Positions 1 through 11,883 of a DNA stretch of 64,000 nucleotides are shown here, piece by piece. The translations under genes and the position numbers were made by a program. The DNA is from Mobula hypostoma (Eukaryota): the NCBI RefSeq assembly GCF_963921235.1, contig NC_086114.1:35836001-35900000 (forward strand), in the 5' to 3' direction. The notes beneath the pieces are model-generated. The model was not told the origin of the DNA, ran no database searches, and was given only the letters and a program-made list of their open reading frames with translations. Positions within the stretch are counted from its first letter, which is position 1, and every line of letters starts with the position of its first letter.

Positions 1-605
1 GGAGGGATAAGTGGACTACGGAGTGGTGTAGGGTGCAGTCCTACAGAAAGCAGAAAGAGGTGGGGAAGGGATGAGGCTGGTAGTGGGATAACAATGCAGT
101 TGTGGAAATGACTGAGGATGGATGAGCTGGACACAATGGCTAATGGGAGTGAGAGGTGAGGAGAAGTGGAACTCTATCTCTGTTCCAATTGGAGGGAGGT
201 GGGGCGAGAACAAAAGTCCAAGAAACAGAGGCAATCAGAAAGGGCTTCATGAATCACAGCAAACAGGAACCTCCATTTCCTGAAAAAGGTCAGTATTTCA
301 GACATTCTGTAATGGAAGGCCTCATCTTGAGAGCAGATGCAGCAGACATAGAGAAACTGGGAGACAGGAATGGCAGCCTTACAAGATATAGTCAAGGTAG
401 CTGTGGGAGTCAATGGGTACTTTGTCCTCTAAGATGGAGTCTAAGAGAGTGGTTCTGGAAATGGTCCACATGAATTTGAGCGTGGGGTGGAAGTTAGAGG
501 CAAAGGTGATAAAATAGATGAGTTCAGCACAGGTGCGAGAAGCAGTACCAAAGGAGTCAGCGACGTAAAAGAAGGTATGGATCAGAGACTGTTCCAAGTA
601 GGCAA
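1..605 (-). mobile_element. Penelope-like retroelement RT fragment (degenerate)
   Basis: Minus-strand peptides AELIYFITFASNFHPTLKFMWTIS, DSHSYLDY and CKAAIPVSQFL..ICSQDEAFH resemble PLE reverse transcriptase. Confidence 0.8.
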
Positions 606-739
606 CAAGTCCCTCTATAAGAATTTAGCCCAATAGTCAAACAGCTAGGTTCTGCTACGAACAAGTGCCATTTGCCCAGGAATTCTCTTTAGTAATTTAT
701 GGATTATTACCACGTTGGGTATGTACACCACATATTTAC

Positions 740-863
740 CTGGTGGTCGCAGGTAGACAGCCCCGCAACTTTACATCCAGTGATGGATCTGAAAAATCCA
801 GCTCATAGATCTCTAATGCTGCATTTGTACTGAAGGTAGCATCCAACTGTTGTGCTGAGGTAC
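740..863 (-). CDS. SEC31B: SEC31B second coding exon (124 nt)
   Basis: ctatag|GTACC... encodes (G)[40 protein letters not shown](R); donor ag|gtaaat; phase matches the previous exon. Confidence 0.95.
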
Positions 864-2647
864 CTATAGTTTAAAGGATAATAGTATAACTTACTCTACA
901 ATAATAATTGATAATTTTAAGTAATTTAAAAGTGATGTTAATGAACTATTCAAAAGTTACCCATAAGTCCATGACCATTGTTTGAACAATTTGAAAAGCA
1001 GATAGGATTTGGAAATGTAACATATACGGTGAAGAAAACAGTAAAGATAAAAAAACCTCCACTTTTATAGCTCTTTTCACAACATCAGAATGTGCCAAAG
1101 CACCTTGTCGTAAATTCAGTGCGCTGAAGTCACTTATGATATGGACAAGGACCATGAACTAAGGAATCACGTTTTCTGATTGCCTTTATATCCACATTCC
1201 TATGTTGTGTTGAATATATACAGATGTGCTATTAAATATTGTGTTAAGTGCCCAAAGCTACAATCATCAGTCTTGAGCTGTATGCCCTGTGTAACAAGAG
1301 ATGGGGGCCAAGAAAATTATGTTAATGATGTTGGCTGAAAGCATGAAAATGTGTTGCTGAATGGGGGATTAGTTAAGTAACACAGTCACTATTATACATG
1401 TTGATAATCATGTTGCTGAAATGAGCAATATTGAATCCAACTGTAATATCCTGAACAGTCAACCCTGATAATATCTGGAGTACATTATCAGGGTTAACTG
1501 TTCAGAATACTACAGTTGGAGTGTTATATTGTGAAAGCTGCCACTTTTCATCTGAGATGTCAATTTCAGTAACTCTGTGGGGCGTATCGGGTTGTTTTAT
1601 ATGTTAAAAATTTTATGCAAATACAGTTGGTTATTGTTGAAATATTAAACCAAGACTTCTCAAGTGCAGAACACCATTACACTACTCAAAGAGACGACTG
1701 CCTTCCTGGTCCCTTCACTAATATTTATCCTTCCACCATTACCACTACAAGTTTACACACGGTTGTTATTGGGCTAGACCTCTGCATAGAAATCACTTGA
1801 CAATGTACTTAATTAACTATAAGGTACTTAGGAAGTAGCGCTCAAGAAAGCCGCTATTTAAATTCACACTTGCTCTTTTTATACTTTAGTAATACTTTAC
1901 TGACATTCAAATCTATCTAATATGTCCTGATCTTGCTTACTTCAACAAGGAGTTCTGCTGTATGACAATAAAAAGCTGTAGACTCTTATAACACGCCTTT
2001 GGACACAGACCCACAGTAAAACCATATTTGGTCAGGTACAAACAAGAAAAAATCTGCAGATGCTGGATCTGCAGGTAATCCACTGAAGTACAAAGAGTAG
2101 TTCAATAAATGCTATGGTCTGCCAGTGCTGTCAGAGGACAATGCACACTGCTTCATGCACTAATGTTCAATCAAGTCATTCAAGATTGTATAATGTGCAA
2201 ATTCCTTTCACACAATTTAAAAAACTGCTAAGAGAATTAAAATGTCAAACTTATGCAGCAGTAGTGTTTGCCGGATATTGATTTTCAGGCACTTTTAGAG
2301 ATGCAGAACATACTGTATCTTGACCTAGTTAATATTAACTAACACCAAATGACTATAATAACTAAAATCCAGTAACAACGCTTGAAAGACACATTTAGAA
2401 GTTACGATCACATATATTTACAAAAAAGATATTTTGTTAACAACTATACCAAAAGAAAAATATAAGCAAAATTGCTTATAAGAATACCACCAATTCCAAA
2501 ATGGAAGCAATTTTTAAAAAACTTTACATTGTAAGATACTTGTGATTTGAAGCATTTTCTGCATTTACCTGTGGCCAAATAAAGGGGATGATGTGAAGCA
2601 GGACTCCAGGACTGAACAGCTGTCCTCTCAATCTCTTTCAGCTTCAT
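740..2647 (-). CDS. SEC31B: SEC31B (COPII outer coat WD40 protein), 5' part; joined coding exons 2569-2647 + 740-863, gene continues beyond window start
   Basis: Spliced translation [68 protein letters not shown] is the SEC31 N-terminus. The B paralogue is assigned from synteny with NDUFB8/HIF1AN and from B-like residues (ER.AVQ.WSPAS, DF.DPSLD.K.RG). Confidence 0.92.
1436..1520. repeat. 37-bp inverted repeat with 11-nt spacer
   Basis: Arms 1436-1472 and 1484-1520, 34/37 complementary. Confidence 0.9.
2569..2647 (-). CDS. SEC31B: SEC31B first coding exon (79 nt CDS; exon acceptor at 2661)
   Basis: ATG at 2647, [27 protein letters not shown], donor ag|gtaaat at 2568, acceptor tttcag| at 2662. 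Confidence 0.95.
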
Positions 2648-3150
2648 TTTATCTTATTAGCCTGAAACAAAAAAAGTGATCATGACAAACTGCCCAATAT
2701 TAGAAAGTAAACAATGTTCTCGTCAAGGTCACCTACCATCATTCACAGAACAGACAACAGTACAGCACAGGAGCAGGCTATTCGGCCCACAAAGTTGTGC
2801 CACACCAGGTAAAAAGCAAATCAAAAACACCCAAACACTAATCCCTCCTCCTCACCCCTTGACCATATCCCTCCATCATCCTTACATCCATTTGCCTAGA
2901 TGACGAGGACTAGATTTTCTATTAATCTTCTATTGTTATTATGCCCAGATATTAATTTTGAAGAATGAATTCCTTGAGATGGAACCAGCCAGCTTCTTAG
3001 CAGCTGCCAACTCACTGTGCTAAAAGGAGGCAAGAGTTCACAGTATCAAGTGTGCAAAGATAAACCTGTATGTATATATATGCAAAGCTATATTTTATAT
3101 ATACACACACATCCAAAACTTTTGCACAGTACTGTATACACACACACATA

Positions 3151-4694
3151 CAATACTGTGCAAAAGTCTTCAGCACATGTAAAAATAATCAGTGAAGAGA
3201 AGATGCTTTCAAAAATAATGAAGTTTCTAAATATCAAAAAAAATCACTAGAAAAGCCCAAAACAGTAAAAAGCTAAATCAAATCAATATTTGGTATGACC
3301 ACCTTTTGCCTTTAAAACTGCATCAAATCTCTTCGATACACTGCCATGCAATTTTATAAGAAAATTGGCTAGTAGGTTTTTCCAAGCATCTTGGAGAACT
3401 TGTCACAGTTCCTTTGCAGACTTTGGTTGTCTCACTTGCTTCTGTCTCTCCAGATAATCCTAGACAGCCTCGATGGTGTTAAGATCAGGGCACTGTGGAG
3501 ATCATACAAAATTCTTTGTTCTTTTTTTCACTGAACAGAACTCTTTATGATCTTGACCAGGTGTTTGGGGTCATTGTCCTGCTGTAGAGTGAAGTTGGGA
3601 TTGATCAGATGCCTCCCTAACAGGTATTGCGCAATGAATGAGAATCTGCCTGTAATTCTCAGCATTGTGGATTCCGTTAATTCTGACCAGATCACTAACT
3701 CCATTTGCAAAAATGCAGCCCCAGAACTGCAGAGAACTTCCAGCATGCTTCATCGTTGGCTACAGACATTCATCTAGCTCTTTTACAAACAAACTGCCTC
3801 CTGTTTGAGCCAACAATTTCAAATTTTGACTCTTCACTCTAGAGCACTTGCTGCCATTGTTCAGCACCCCAGTCCTTGTGTTTTTGTGCATAGGTGAGTC
3901 TCTTGGCATTGTTTCCACTTTGGAGGGATGGCTTTTTGGCAACAATTCTTCTATGAAGACCACTTCTGACAAGACTTCTCTGGACTTTAGAGGGGTGTAC
4001 TTGGTTTCCAATGGTTTCTGTGAGTTCAGAGCTGATAGCAGTGGTGGACTTCTTATGATTTAGAAGGAACATCAGTTTGATGTCTTTCGTCTGCTGCACT
4101 CAGTTTCTGCGGCCGAATACTGTGTTTCTGGTCTTCAACCTTGCCTGTTTCTTTGTGTTTCTTCAGAAGAGTTTGGACAGCACACCTTGAAACCTCCTGC
4201 CTGCTTTGAAATGTGTACTTGGAAGACACATTGCTGATTCAGGGTGACCTCCTTGTGTCTTGTTGTTATGCTCACTTTTACCATGGTATGGAATTGATGA
4301 TTCAAAGGCTAGACTGTCACAGGTGCCACACCCTCACCTTTTAGTTTGGCTGTCTTCGCCCAGCTTGATTCCTTCTACAACCATTTCTGTTTCAGTTAAT
4401 CAGTTTAGTTCATTCAACTCATTATGTCATTGATTATTAGCATCCTGTTTGTCATCTTTGTTTGATCATGTGCTGGGCTATATACCCAAAAAGTAATCAA
4501 GTTTTTATTTGAAAAGTGGTCTATTACTTACATGTTACTTTCTTTAACAAAATACAAAAAAATTCTCTAACATTTACATTTTTGAAAATTAATGCTTGCA
4601 AAGCTAAAATTTGCACTAATGCAGGAGGCAAAAATACACATCTAAAACAACATTTACATTAAAAATCTAGGGTGCCTAACACCGCAAAATACTG
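3151..4694 (-). mobile_element. Tc1/mariner DNA transposon, decayed transposase
   Basis: TIR-like ends caatactgtgcaaaagtcttcagcac / ggtgcctaacaccgcaaaatactg with TA flanks; frameshifted peptides ..VAKKPSL..KRLTYAQKHKDW..WQQVL, KH.G.S..WGC and FTLQQDNDPKH. Confidence 0.9.
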
Positions 4695-6429
4695 TAAATA
4701 TACACAAATACATACTGTATATACATATATAGACACATTAAAACCAGTGTTAACTGCCATCATGCTGTAAATCTGAAATTTAAAAAAGATGCTAGAAATA
4801 TTCAATAGATCAGGCAGCAGCTAAGTTACAGATTAGTGATTTTTCATTAAAACAAAGAAAAGTTAGAAGTTAAACATGTTTTAAGATGAAGAGATCAAAG
4901 AAAGGGAGGCAAAAACAGAGGGGATATGTTGTTAAGGTGAAGCCAAAAGCCTTAAGGATACAGCTACTGGTGGTGCTGCCAACTGACAGATAGTGGTGAA
5001 GGCTGTGGTGAAGGCTTATTAATTTACTGCTGATTGATCAGGAAGAGAATGAAACAGAATGAAGGGTTACTGAGGAAGGAAACAAAGTTTAATGCTTCAT
5101 CAGTGAGACACAAAACACTACTGTTGTAAATCTGAAATAAACAGAATACTAGAAATACTTAGCAAGTCAGGCAGCAGGAGGGTAGAGAAAATCTGAGTTA
5201 ATGTCACAATTTGATGATCTTTCATCACAACTAGACAGCTCTGATACAAATTGGATAGGCTGCAAGTCTGCAATTTTAAATTCAGTATTAATTCCCAAGG
5301 GCTGGAACGTTTCTAGATGTAAGCTATCTGACAAGTTTAGCCTGGCCTCATTCTACAGTGTAAAAGACCAAAGACAAATGTCAGAGTAGAAATTAAACAG
5401 AGAATTAAAATAAAAGGCAATAGAAATGCCTTCTATTTACACATTTTCCTTACAGACTAATTTACAGTGATCAACAAGCCATTCACAGTCCCTCTCAGCT
5501 GACACCACCACTTGTTTAACATCCAGTCTTTCATCCTCCAGCCTGGCACAAACATCACTAGCTCTTCTCACAGTTTACAACATTTGCTTTTTAATTTAGC
5601 CTTGCTTTGATAAAAAGTCATCTATCAAAATGATAAAATGCTTTTCCCTCTACTCAACCTGCTGAGCAGTTCTAATTTCTTTGGAAATTTAACAAATTTG
5701 GAAATAATTTATAATGGGAATGGGATTAAATGACTATTTGGAATTGATTCTAAAATAAGTGCAGACGCAGATTCAAAGGGAACTCCAGATTTTAAGTTCA
5801 GTTACATAGTGGCACCTCATCTGAGAAGCAATTATTTTTGAGGGGAAGAGGTGATGGAGGGGGAGGGGAAGAGGTGTTGGAGGGGGAGGGGATTGCAAAA
5901 GGAGGAATTGAGGGTCCAAGATACCAGGACAAGATTTAGGAAGATTAGGGTGGGGCTGGGAGAAGGGGAGGGACCAGGACGGCGCAAATTACGGGTACTG
6001 AGACAAGAGGAATGTCAGAGGGTAGAGGACAAGGGTGAAGTGGGTAAGGGCAGAGGGGGTGATGGGTGGGATAAGAGTTTGATCAGATTCTAAGTTTGGG
6101 ACCGGGAGAGATTGGAGGCAGAAATCCAAGGTATTTACACATATATTAAAATAGAGATGTTAAAAGTCATTCAGGATCGCAGAGATTGGGCTGTTAGAGG
6201 AACTATTTCGTGAATCAGAACATAAGGCGACAGTGATTCCAAATGCAAAAGTTTATAAAAAGGCGGGGATTCCGAGCTCGACTACAGGAGCTGAGAAGTT
6301 GTATGGGAGTTTCTCAGAGTCATTAGTAACAGAGAAGCCTGGAAACTGTAGCCTCCATGGCTGAGGAAGGGCTGTGGGGAGTTGGGCAGGAACCACGGGT
6401 AAAGCAGCAAGAGATCGCTCAAGACTCCA

Positions 6430-6720
6430 GCGCTGTCATACGGCGGGCAGCAGGGTCGGGGCCTGTGGAGGGACTAAGGCCTACCCCCTTGCCCACTGTT
6501 GCACGCTCCTGGTTCGCGTCAACCGTGCCACGCAGCCCGGCCGGCCTCTCAGCGCCCCACCACGCAGGCCGCCGCTTACCGTCGGGACATCGGCAGTAAT
6601 CCACACAGCGAAGGGCCGCCCGCTCCCTCACGCCGCTTCGCCGCGACGTGGCAACTGCGCCGGCGCGCAACCTCCGTTCCGTCGTGGGCACGTGACTGGT
6701 GGGCGGAGCCACACCTCGAC
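6430..6720 (-). promoter_or_regulatory. SEC31B: SEC31B CpG-island promoter and putative non-coding exon 1 (donor cg|gtaagc at 6580/6579)
   Basis: GC/CpG-rich island; consensus donor on minus strand; GACGTGGCA 6645-6653, CACGTG 6689-6694, GGGCGGAG 6701-6708. Confidence 0.75.
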
Positions 6721-6924
6721 CACCTTGGTGAAGGATCCTGAGTCGGGACTCATTGACATTGAATCTTTCCCGTCTGAAAGCAAAGTGACTATCTTCAGAA
6801 AGGAAAGCTGAAAATGCTGTAAATACTCAAAAAGTCCAGCAATGTTTGTAGGGAGAGAAAGATCAAAGTTACAGTTTGAAGGGAATCAGGTTTATTATTA
6901 TTGACATAAATCGTGAAATTTGAG

Positions 6925-7530
6925 TCTCCCCCGAAACGTCGACTGTGCATTTTTTCCCACAGATGCTGTCTGACCAGCTGAGTTTCTCCAGCATCTTGAA
7001 TGTGTTAATCATTAAACGTTGCAACACACACAAAAATGCTGGAGGAACTCAGCAGGTCTGGCAGTATCTACGGAAAGGGATAGACAGTCGATGTTTCGGG
7101 CCGAGAGACTTCTTCAGGACTGGAAAGGAATGGGGAAAGACGCCAGAATAAAAAGGTGGAGGGGGGTGTTGGGAAAGGAGGATAGCTGGAAAGTGATAGG
7201 TGAATCCAGGTAAAGGGCTGGGGAAGAAGGGATCTGACAGGAGAGGAGAAAGGGAAGAGGAAGGGGACCCTGAAGGAGGTGAGAAGAGGTAAGAGGCAAG
7301 ATTGGGAAAAAGAAAAAGGGTTGGGGAGTATTACCGGAAGAAGAAATCAATATTCATGCCATCAGTTTGGAGGTTACCCAGACGGAATTCATAAGGTGTT
7401 GTTTCTCCACCCTGAGGGTGGCCTCGTCTTGACACAAAAGGAGACCATGGACCGACATGTCAGAATAGGAATGGGAATCAGAATTAAAATGCTTGGCCAC
7501 CGGGAAGTTCTACTTTTGGCGGATGGAGTG
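6925..7530 (-). mobile_element. Penelope-like element 3' end and terminal repeats
   Basis: ACACACAAAAATGCTGGAGGAACTCAGC terminal repeat; minus-strand endonuclease C-terminus (GNLQTDGMNIDF-like); hammerhead-like motif 7085-7122. Confidence 0.8.
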
Positions 7531-8599
7531 GATGAAGTTTATTGTTTCACAGCAGAGCTACAGTGCAAGACATAAGTTACAAAAAATAAATAGTGCAATA
7601 TGAGTGCAGGAGCCATGAATCTATTTTCTACCCGTAGGAGCCATGTATCTATTTCCTGTCTGTATTGTATTTTGTGCCAAACCCGATGCCAATTTATAAT
7701 AAATGTCCACCTCCCGTGTATCATCCATGTTCCTCCATTCGATCAGAAATAGGAAACGCTAAAAAATTCAATATACTTGTAATAATGATCAGAGGCACAG
7801 AGAGAATCTGTATTTACTGACAGGTAGCCTTCAATGTCTCAACTTAAAAGCACGTGGGTTCACAAATTAACTATATGTGTGCACACCCACTAGAATTCCC
7901 TGACCTTCCATGAACAATGAAAAGAAAAGGCATTACCCGAGAAAGTAATCTATGCTGACCAGGGATTCCTCACGGTCACAATCTCCACGTGTCCGTGGGA
8001 TCGTCCACTTCCGTGATGGCTGGTCTCTGGAGAGTTGTCTCCCTTACATGTCTGGAGCTCCTGAATCTTATAGTGTTCCTCATCAGTTGAACTGATGGAC
8101 CTCCATCTCAGTGCCTTAAAGTCACCTGACCTACCTGGGTCACCTTCTTACTAGCTCTAGTCCAGGGCTACAACCAATGTTGTTCAACATTTCTGCTCAC
8201 CCCCTGTCCTTGATTAATCCCAATCTATTGATTTGTATATTGTGGTTCCTTCTGGCCAACAACTAATCTGTAGAGAAAAATAGACGAATAGAGAGAACAA
8301 AGGGATTGCTGATGGGGTGACACCGAGAGAAGCATTATGACACACATTAGAGCAGGATGGCTTTTTAATTGTAGCTAAACTATCCGGGGATGTAGCAAAG
8401 GGGGAATGAACAAGAACAGAAAGCAAAACCATGAAGTGAGAATGTTGAGGCTAAAGACAAACTGATTAGAGTGGAAGAGAAATGGAGAACTAAAAAAAAC
8501 AGGTAGCAGGTTAAGAGTCACCTTTCTGGATTAAATACTGTAGATGTGTTTTGCAAACTGGACACTCAACCGTAATACGTTTTTCCATTGTTGAGGAGA

Positions 8600-9500
8600 T
8601 ATCTTCCTAATTACCTATTGTTCTTTCCTGCTAATTTTTTGTACTCATGCACTAGGACCCCCAGATACCTTTGTACCACAACATTTTGTAAGTTCACCTT
8701 GTTTGAAAATTCGCTTTTTGATTCTTTCATCCAAAGTAAATAAACTTATAATTCATAATACTTGGAATTGTAGCTAAACTATCTGGGGATGAACTCATCA
8801 TATTCCCAACTGCCTACTTTTCCCCCACATATGACCTGTCTATATTCCTTCATACGGTCTTTGTATTCCCCTCACAATTCACAAACCTAAATATTTTTGT
8901 ACCATGAAGGGGTCTAGCTAAGGACACTTGGTCCCTCTGAGCCAAGCGTATCATAAATAGTTGAAACCCCAACACTGATCGCTGTGGCACCCAGCTGTAG
9001 TGAACATCTGATAATCTGCAATCTCTGTATTCAGAAATCTCAATGCTTTAGCATCTCAGCTCACCAGGTGATAGTGTGCTGCACTCACTGGGTTCCTTCA
9101 CTTCACTCCCACTTAGCAAGGCTCCAACTCGCATGCTCCGTGCCGTTTGTTGGGATCCCAGATCTTGTACTCAGCAACTGCATGTCAGGACCTAGTTTCC
9201 AATCTCCCTATGCATTCACCAATGTCCTGCAACCTGATAACTCCTATCAGGGTCTTTTTACCCTTACAGTTTCTCAACTCTACCCACAAGGATTTCATAT
9301 CTTCCAATCCTTTGTCACCCATTTCTATGCCTTTGACTTCATTTTTTTCCCCAACAGAGTCATCCCATCGCCTCTGCTTATCTGCCTGTCTTTTCAATAC
9401 AATGTGTATCCTTGGATGTGAAGTTCCCAATGATTAATTTTCTTTCATCCACAACTCAGTGAAGGTCACAATATCATACTTGCTAATCTCTTAACTGTGC
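8600..9500 (-). mobile_element. CR1-type LINE ORF2 fragments
   Basis: Peptide KSLWVELRNCKGKKTLIGV resembles CR1 endonuclease; boundaries approximate. Confidence 0.7.
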
Positions 9501-9964
9501 TACAAGATCATCTAACTGACAGTGATATAAAACCCGATTCTGATTTTGATTCTTGCTTTCTGTATTTGGCTTTTCTTGAATTTTGGTACTTGGCAATCTT
9601 CTTGAGTTCTTCAAAATCCAGACAATTTTACATAATTACCAACAAAGCCTTCTGCACTTTCACTACAGTTGCATTGTAGATTCAGAAGGTGCAACTCTTT
9701 GCTCTTTTCCCTCTTTCCTTTTTACAAACACTCCTTCCAAATAAAGCAGTGATTTATTTAGTGGGAGCAAAGGATTTTGGGAATGGCAAGGGTGTGGGAC
9801 AGAGGAGTGCCAGGGCAGGAGGTGGCGTGGGTGCAGACACACCCAGCCCTGAGACACAGACAAGGTCATTTGATTCCAAGCAATTGGTTTATTGATCATT
9901 ACAGGATGTCTCTCTGCTGCTTCCTGCTCCGTCCTTGGCCCACTCCATCTCTGATCTTCCAATG

Positions 9965-10970
9965 AGGACTGCCTTATGAACCTCTGGTTGCATCCTCTTG
10001 GTCAATAATCAGCTCCTTTGCCCTGATGACATTGAGTAAGAGGTTGTTGTGGCATCACTCAGCCTGATATTCAATCTCCCTCCTATATGCTGCTTCGTCT
10101 TCACACTTGATTTGGCCTATGACAGTGCTGTCATCTGCAAACTTGAATATGGCATTGGAGCTGTGCTTAGCCACACAGTCATAAGCATAAAGCGAGTAGA
10201 TTAAAGGCTAAGCACACAGCCCTGTGGTGCACTTGTGCTGATGGAAATTGTGGAGGAGATGTTGTAATCCAAACTGACTGGGGTCAGCAAGTGAGGAAAT
10301 AATGGATCCAATTTCACAGGGAGTTAGTGAGGCCAAGGTCTTGAAGCTTATTGATTAGTTTTGAAGGGATGATAGAATTGAATGCCAAACTGCAATAGAA
10401 AGCACATCAGCATTTTTACTTTCTTAGGAGGTTAAGAAGGTTCAGCTCATCACCAAACACTTTAACTTCTACAGATGTACTTTGAAAGTATCTTGACTGA
10501 TTTCATCAAGGTCTGGTACAGTAACTTGAATGTGCAGGACATAAGCAGCTTCACAGAGCAGTGGACTTTACCCAATACGTCACAGACTTCTACCTCCCCA
10601 CAAATGTAGAATTTATAGGACGTGCTGCCTCAAGGAGGCAACATCCATCAAAGATCCCCACTGCCTGGGCCAAGCCATCATCTCAAATGTACCAAGGGTC
10701 AGGAGGCAAAGAAGTCTGAAGCTACATGTTCAACAGCTACTTCCCTTTAAGCATTCTCCTCTTAAACCAATTGGCACAACCCTAATCATGTTGCACTAAA
10801 ATGTACATTTTGTTTGTTCTAATTGTGTTCTTTCTCAGACAAATTGTGCATAATTATTTTTAAAATCTCTTGTGAATGCTGCTTGTAGGCTGCTATGTGC
10901 CTGCAAATGCTGCTGAAAGATTTTTGTGCAGACACATGCTTGTGCATATACTAATAAACTCAACTTTGAC
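9965..10970. mobile_element. Rex1/Babar-like LINE fragments (RT on minus ~9965-10390; 3' part on plus ~10400-10970)
   Basis: gtcatctgcaaactt reads KFADD on minus; the LYFLRRL..F / NFYRC..ESIL-like segment recurs at ~16000, ~20200 and ~45000. Confidence 0.65.
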
Positions 10971-10994
10971 CATTTAATAACTTTAGTCTTCCTG

Positions 10995-11485
10995 TTTAGA
11001 GGATATTATTTCATTGCAGGCAGTTCAGAGAAGGTATACTTGGATGATCCTGAGTATGGAGGGATTGTTCAATGAGATGAAAGGTGATGAGATTCTACTC
11101 ATCAGAATGTAAAAGAGTGAAAACCAATCTTAATGAAATATAGACTTTTCGGGGATTGGAGAGGGAAGATGCTGAAAAGGTGCTTGCCCTCACAGGACAG
11201 TCCGATTATACAGTGTGCCCTTTTAAGACTTAGATGACAAAGAATTTCTTCTCTCAGAGGGTTGAGTCTTTAGATCTCATTGCCATAGAGAGTGGTATGG
11301 CCAGAGTCCTTGGCATAATATTTAAACCCAAAATATTTAGATTTCTAATCAGTAAAGAAATCAAGGGTTATGGGAAAAGAACAGAAAAGTGGACTTGAGG
11401 ATTGATGGATGAGTGATGATTATTTTGAATGATAGAGCAGGTTCGAAGGGCTGAATGGACCTGTTCCTATTTCTTATAGTCTAAG
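10995..11485 (+). mobile_element. CR1 LINE 3' end
   Basis: aatttcttctctcagagggt...gaagggctgaatggacctgttcctatttcttat, the CR1-type tail repeated elsewhere in the window. Confidence 0.7.
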
Positions 11486-11705
11486 TGAATAAAAGCAGTT
11501 TTAAAAGCAGTGCTACTGCAATGAAATCTGCTCTAATTGATAGTTCTGATTCATTTCAAAAGTGTAATTTGAGTATGAAAGACAACTGAAACATAAAACA
11601 CTATTGGATTAATTCATTTTCTGTGACCTAGACCTATTCCATTACAGCTACTGGATTCATCCTGAAAAGTAACTGGAACAATTTTTTCATAAATATGATG
11701 ACAAT

Positions 11706-11726
11706 TTTATTAGTTAGTTATTTATT
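11706..11726 (-). terminator. NDUFB8 polyadenylation signals (two AATAAA)
   Basis: tttatt at 11706-11711 and 11721-11726, about 65-85 nt after the stop codon. Confidence 0.7.
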
Positions 11727-11790
11727 TAATTGTACATACAAGAACAATTCCAAATTGACATATACCCAACAATCAGTGATAGGAATCTGG

Positions 11791-11883
11791 TCATATTTCA
11801 TAGTGGATCACTTCAGCTGGTTCTTCATCAGGTGAACCTCCATTCTCCAGATAAAGGTTATTGTAAGGATACTGTTTTGGAGC
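11791..11883 (-). CDS. NDUFB8: NDUFB8 exon 5 (stop TGA at 11793-11791)
   Basis: tctttccag|[30 protein letters not shown]. Confidence 0.97.
   Translation of the reverse strand, partial: APKQYPYNNLYLENGGSPDEEPAEVIHYEI

Noticed and set aside
5840-6110. G-rich purine tract with G-quadruplex potential in SEC31B intron 1
   Set aside because: Low-complexity sequence common near vertebrate promoters; nothing specific supports a function
6357-6811. Overlapping 80-145 aa ORFs in the SEC31B CpG island
   Set aside because: GC-rich promoter sequence is depleted of stop codons; no recognisable domain
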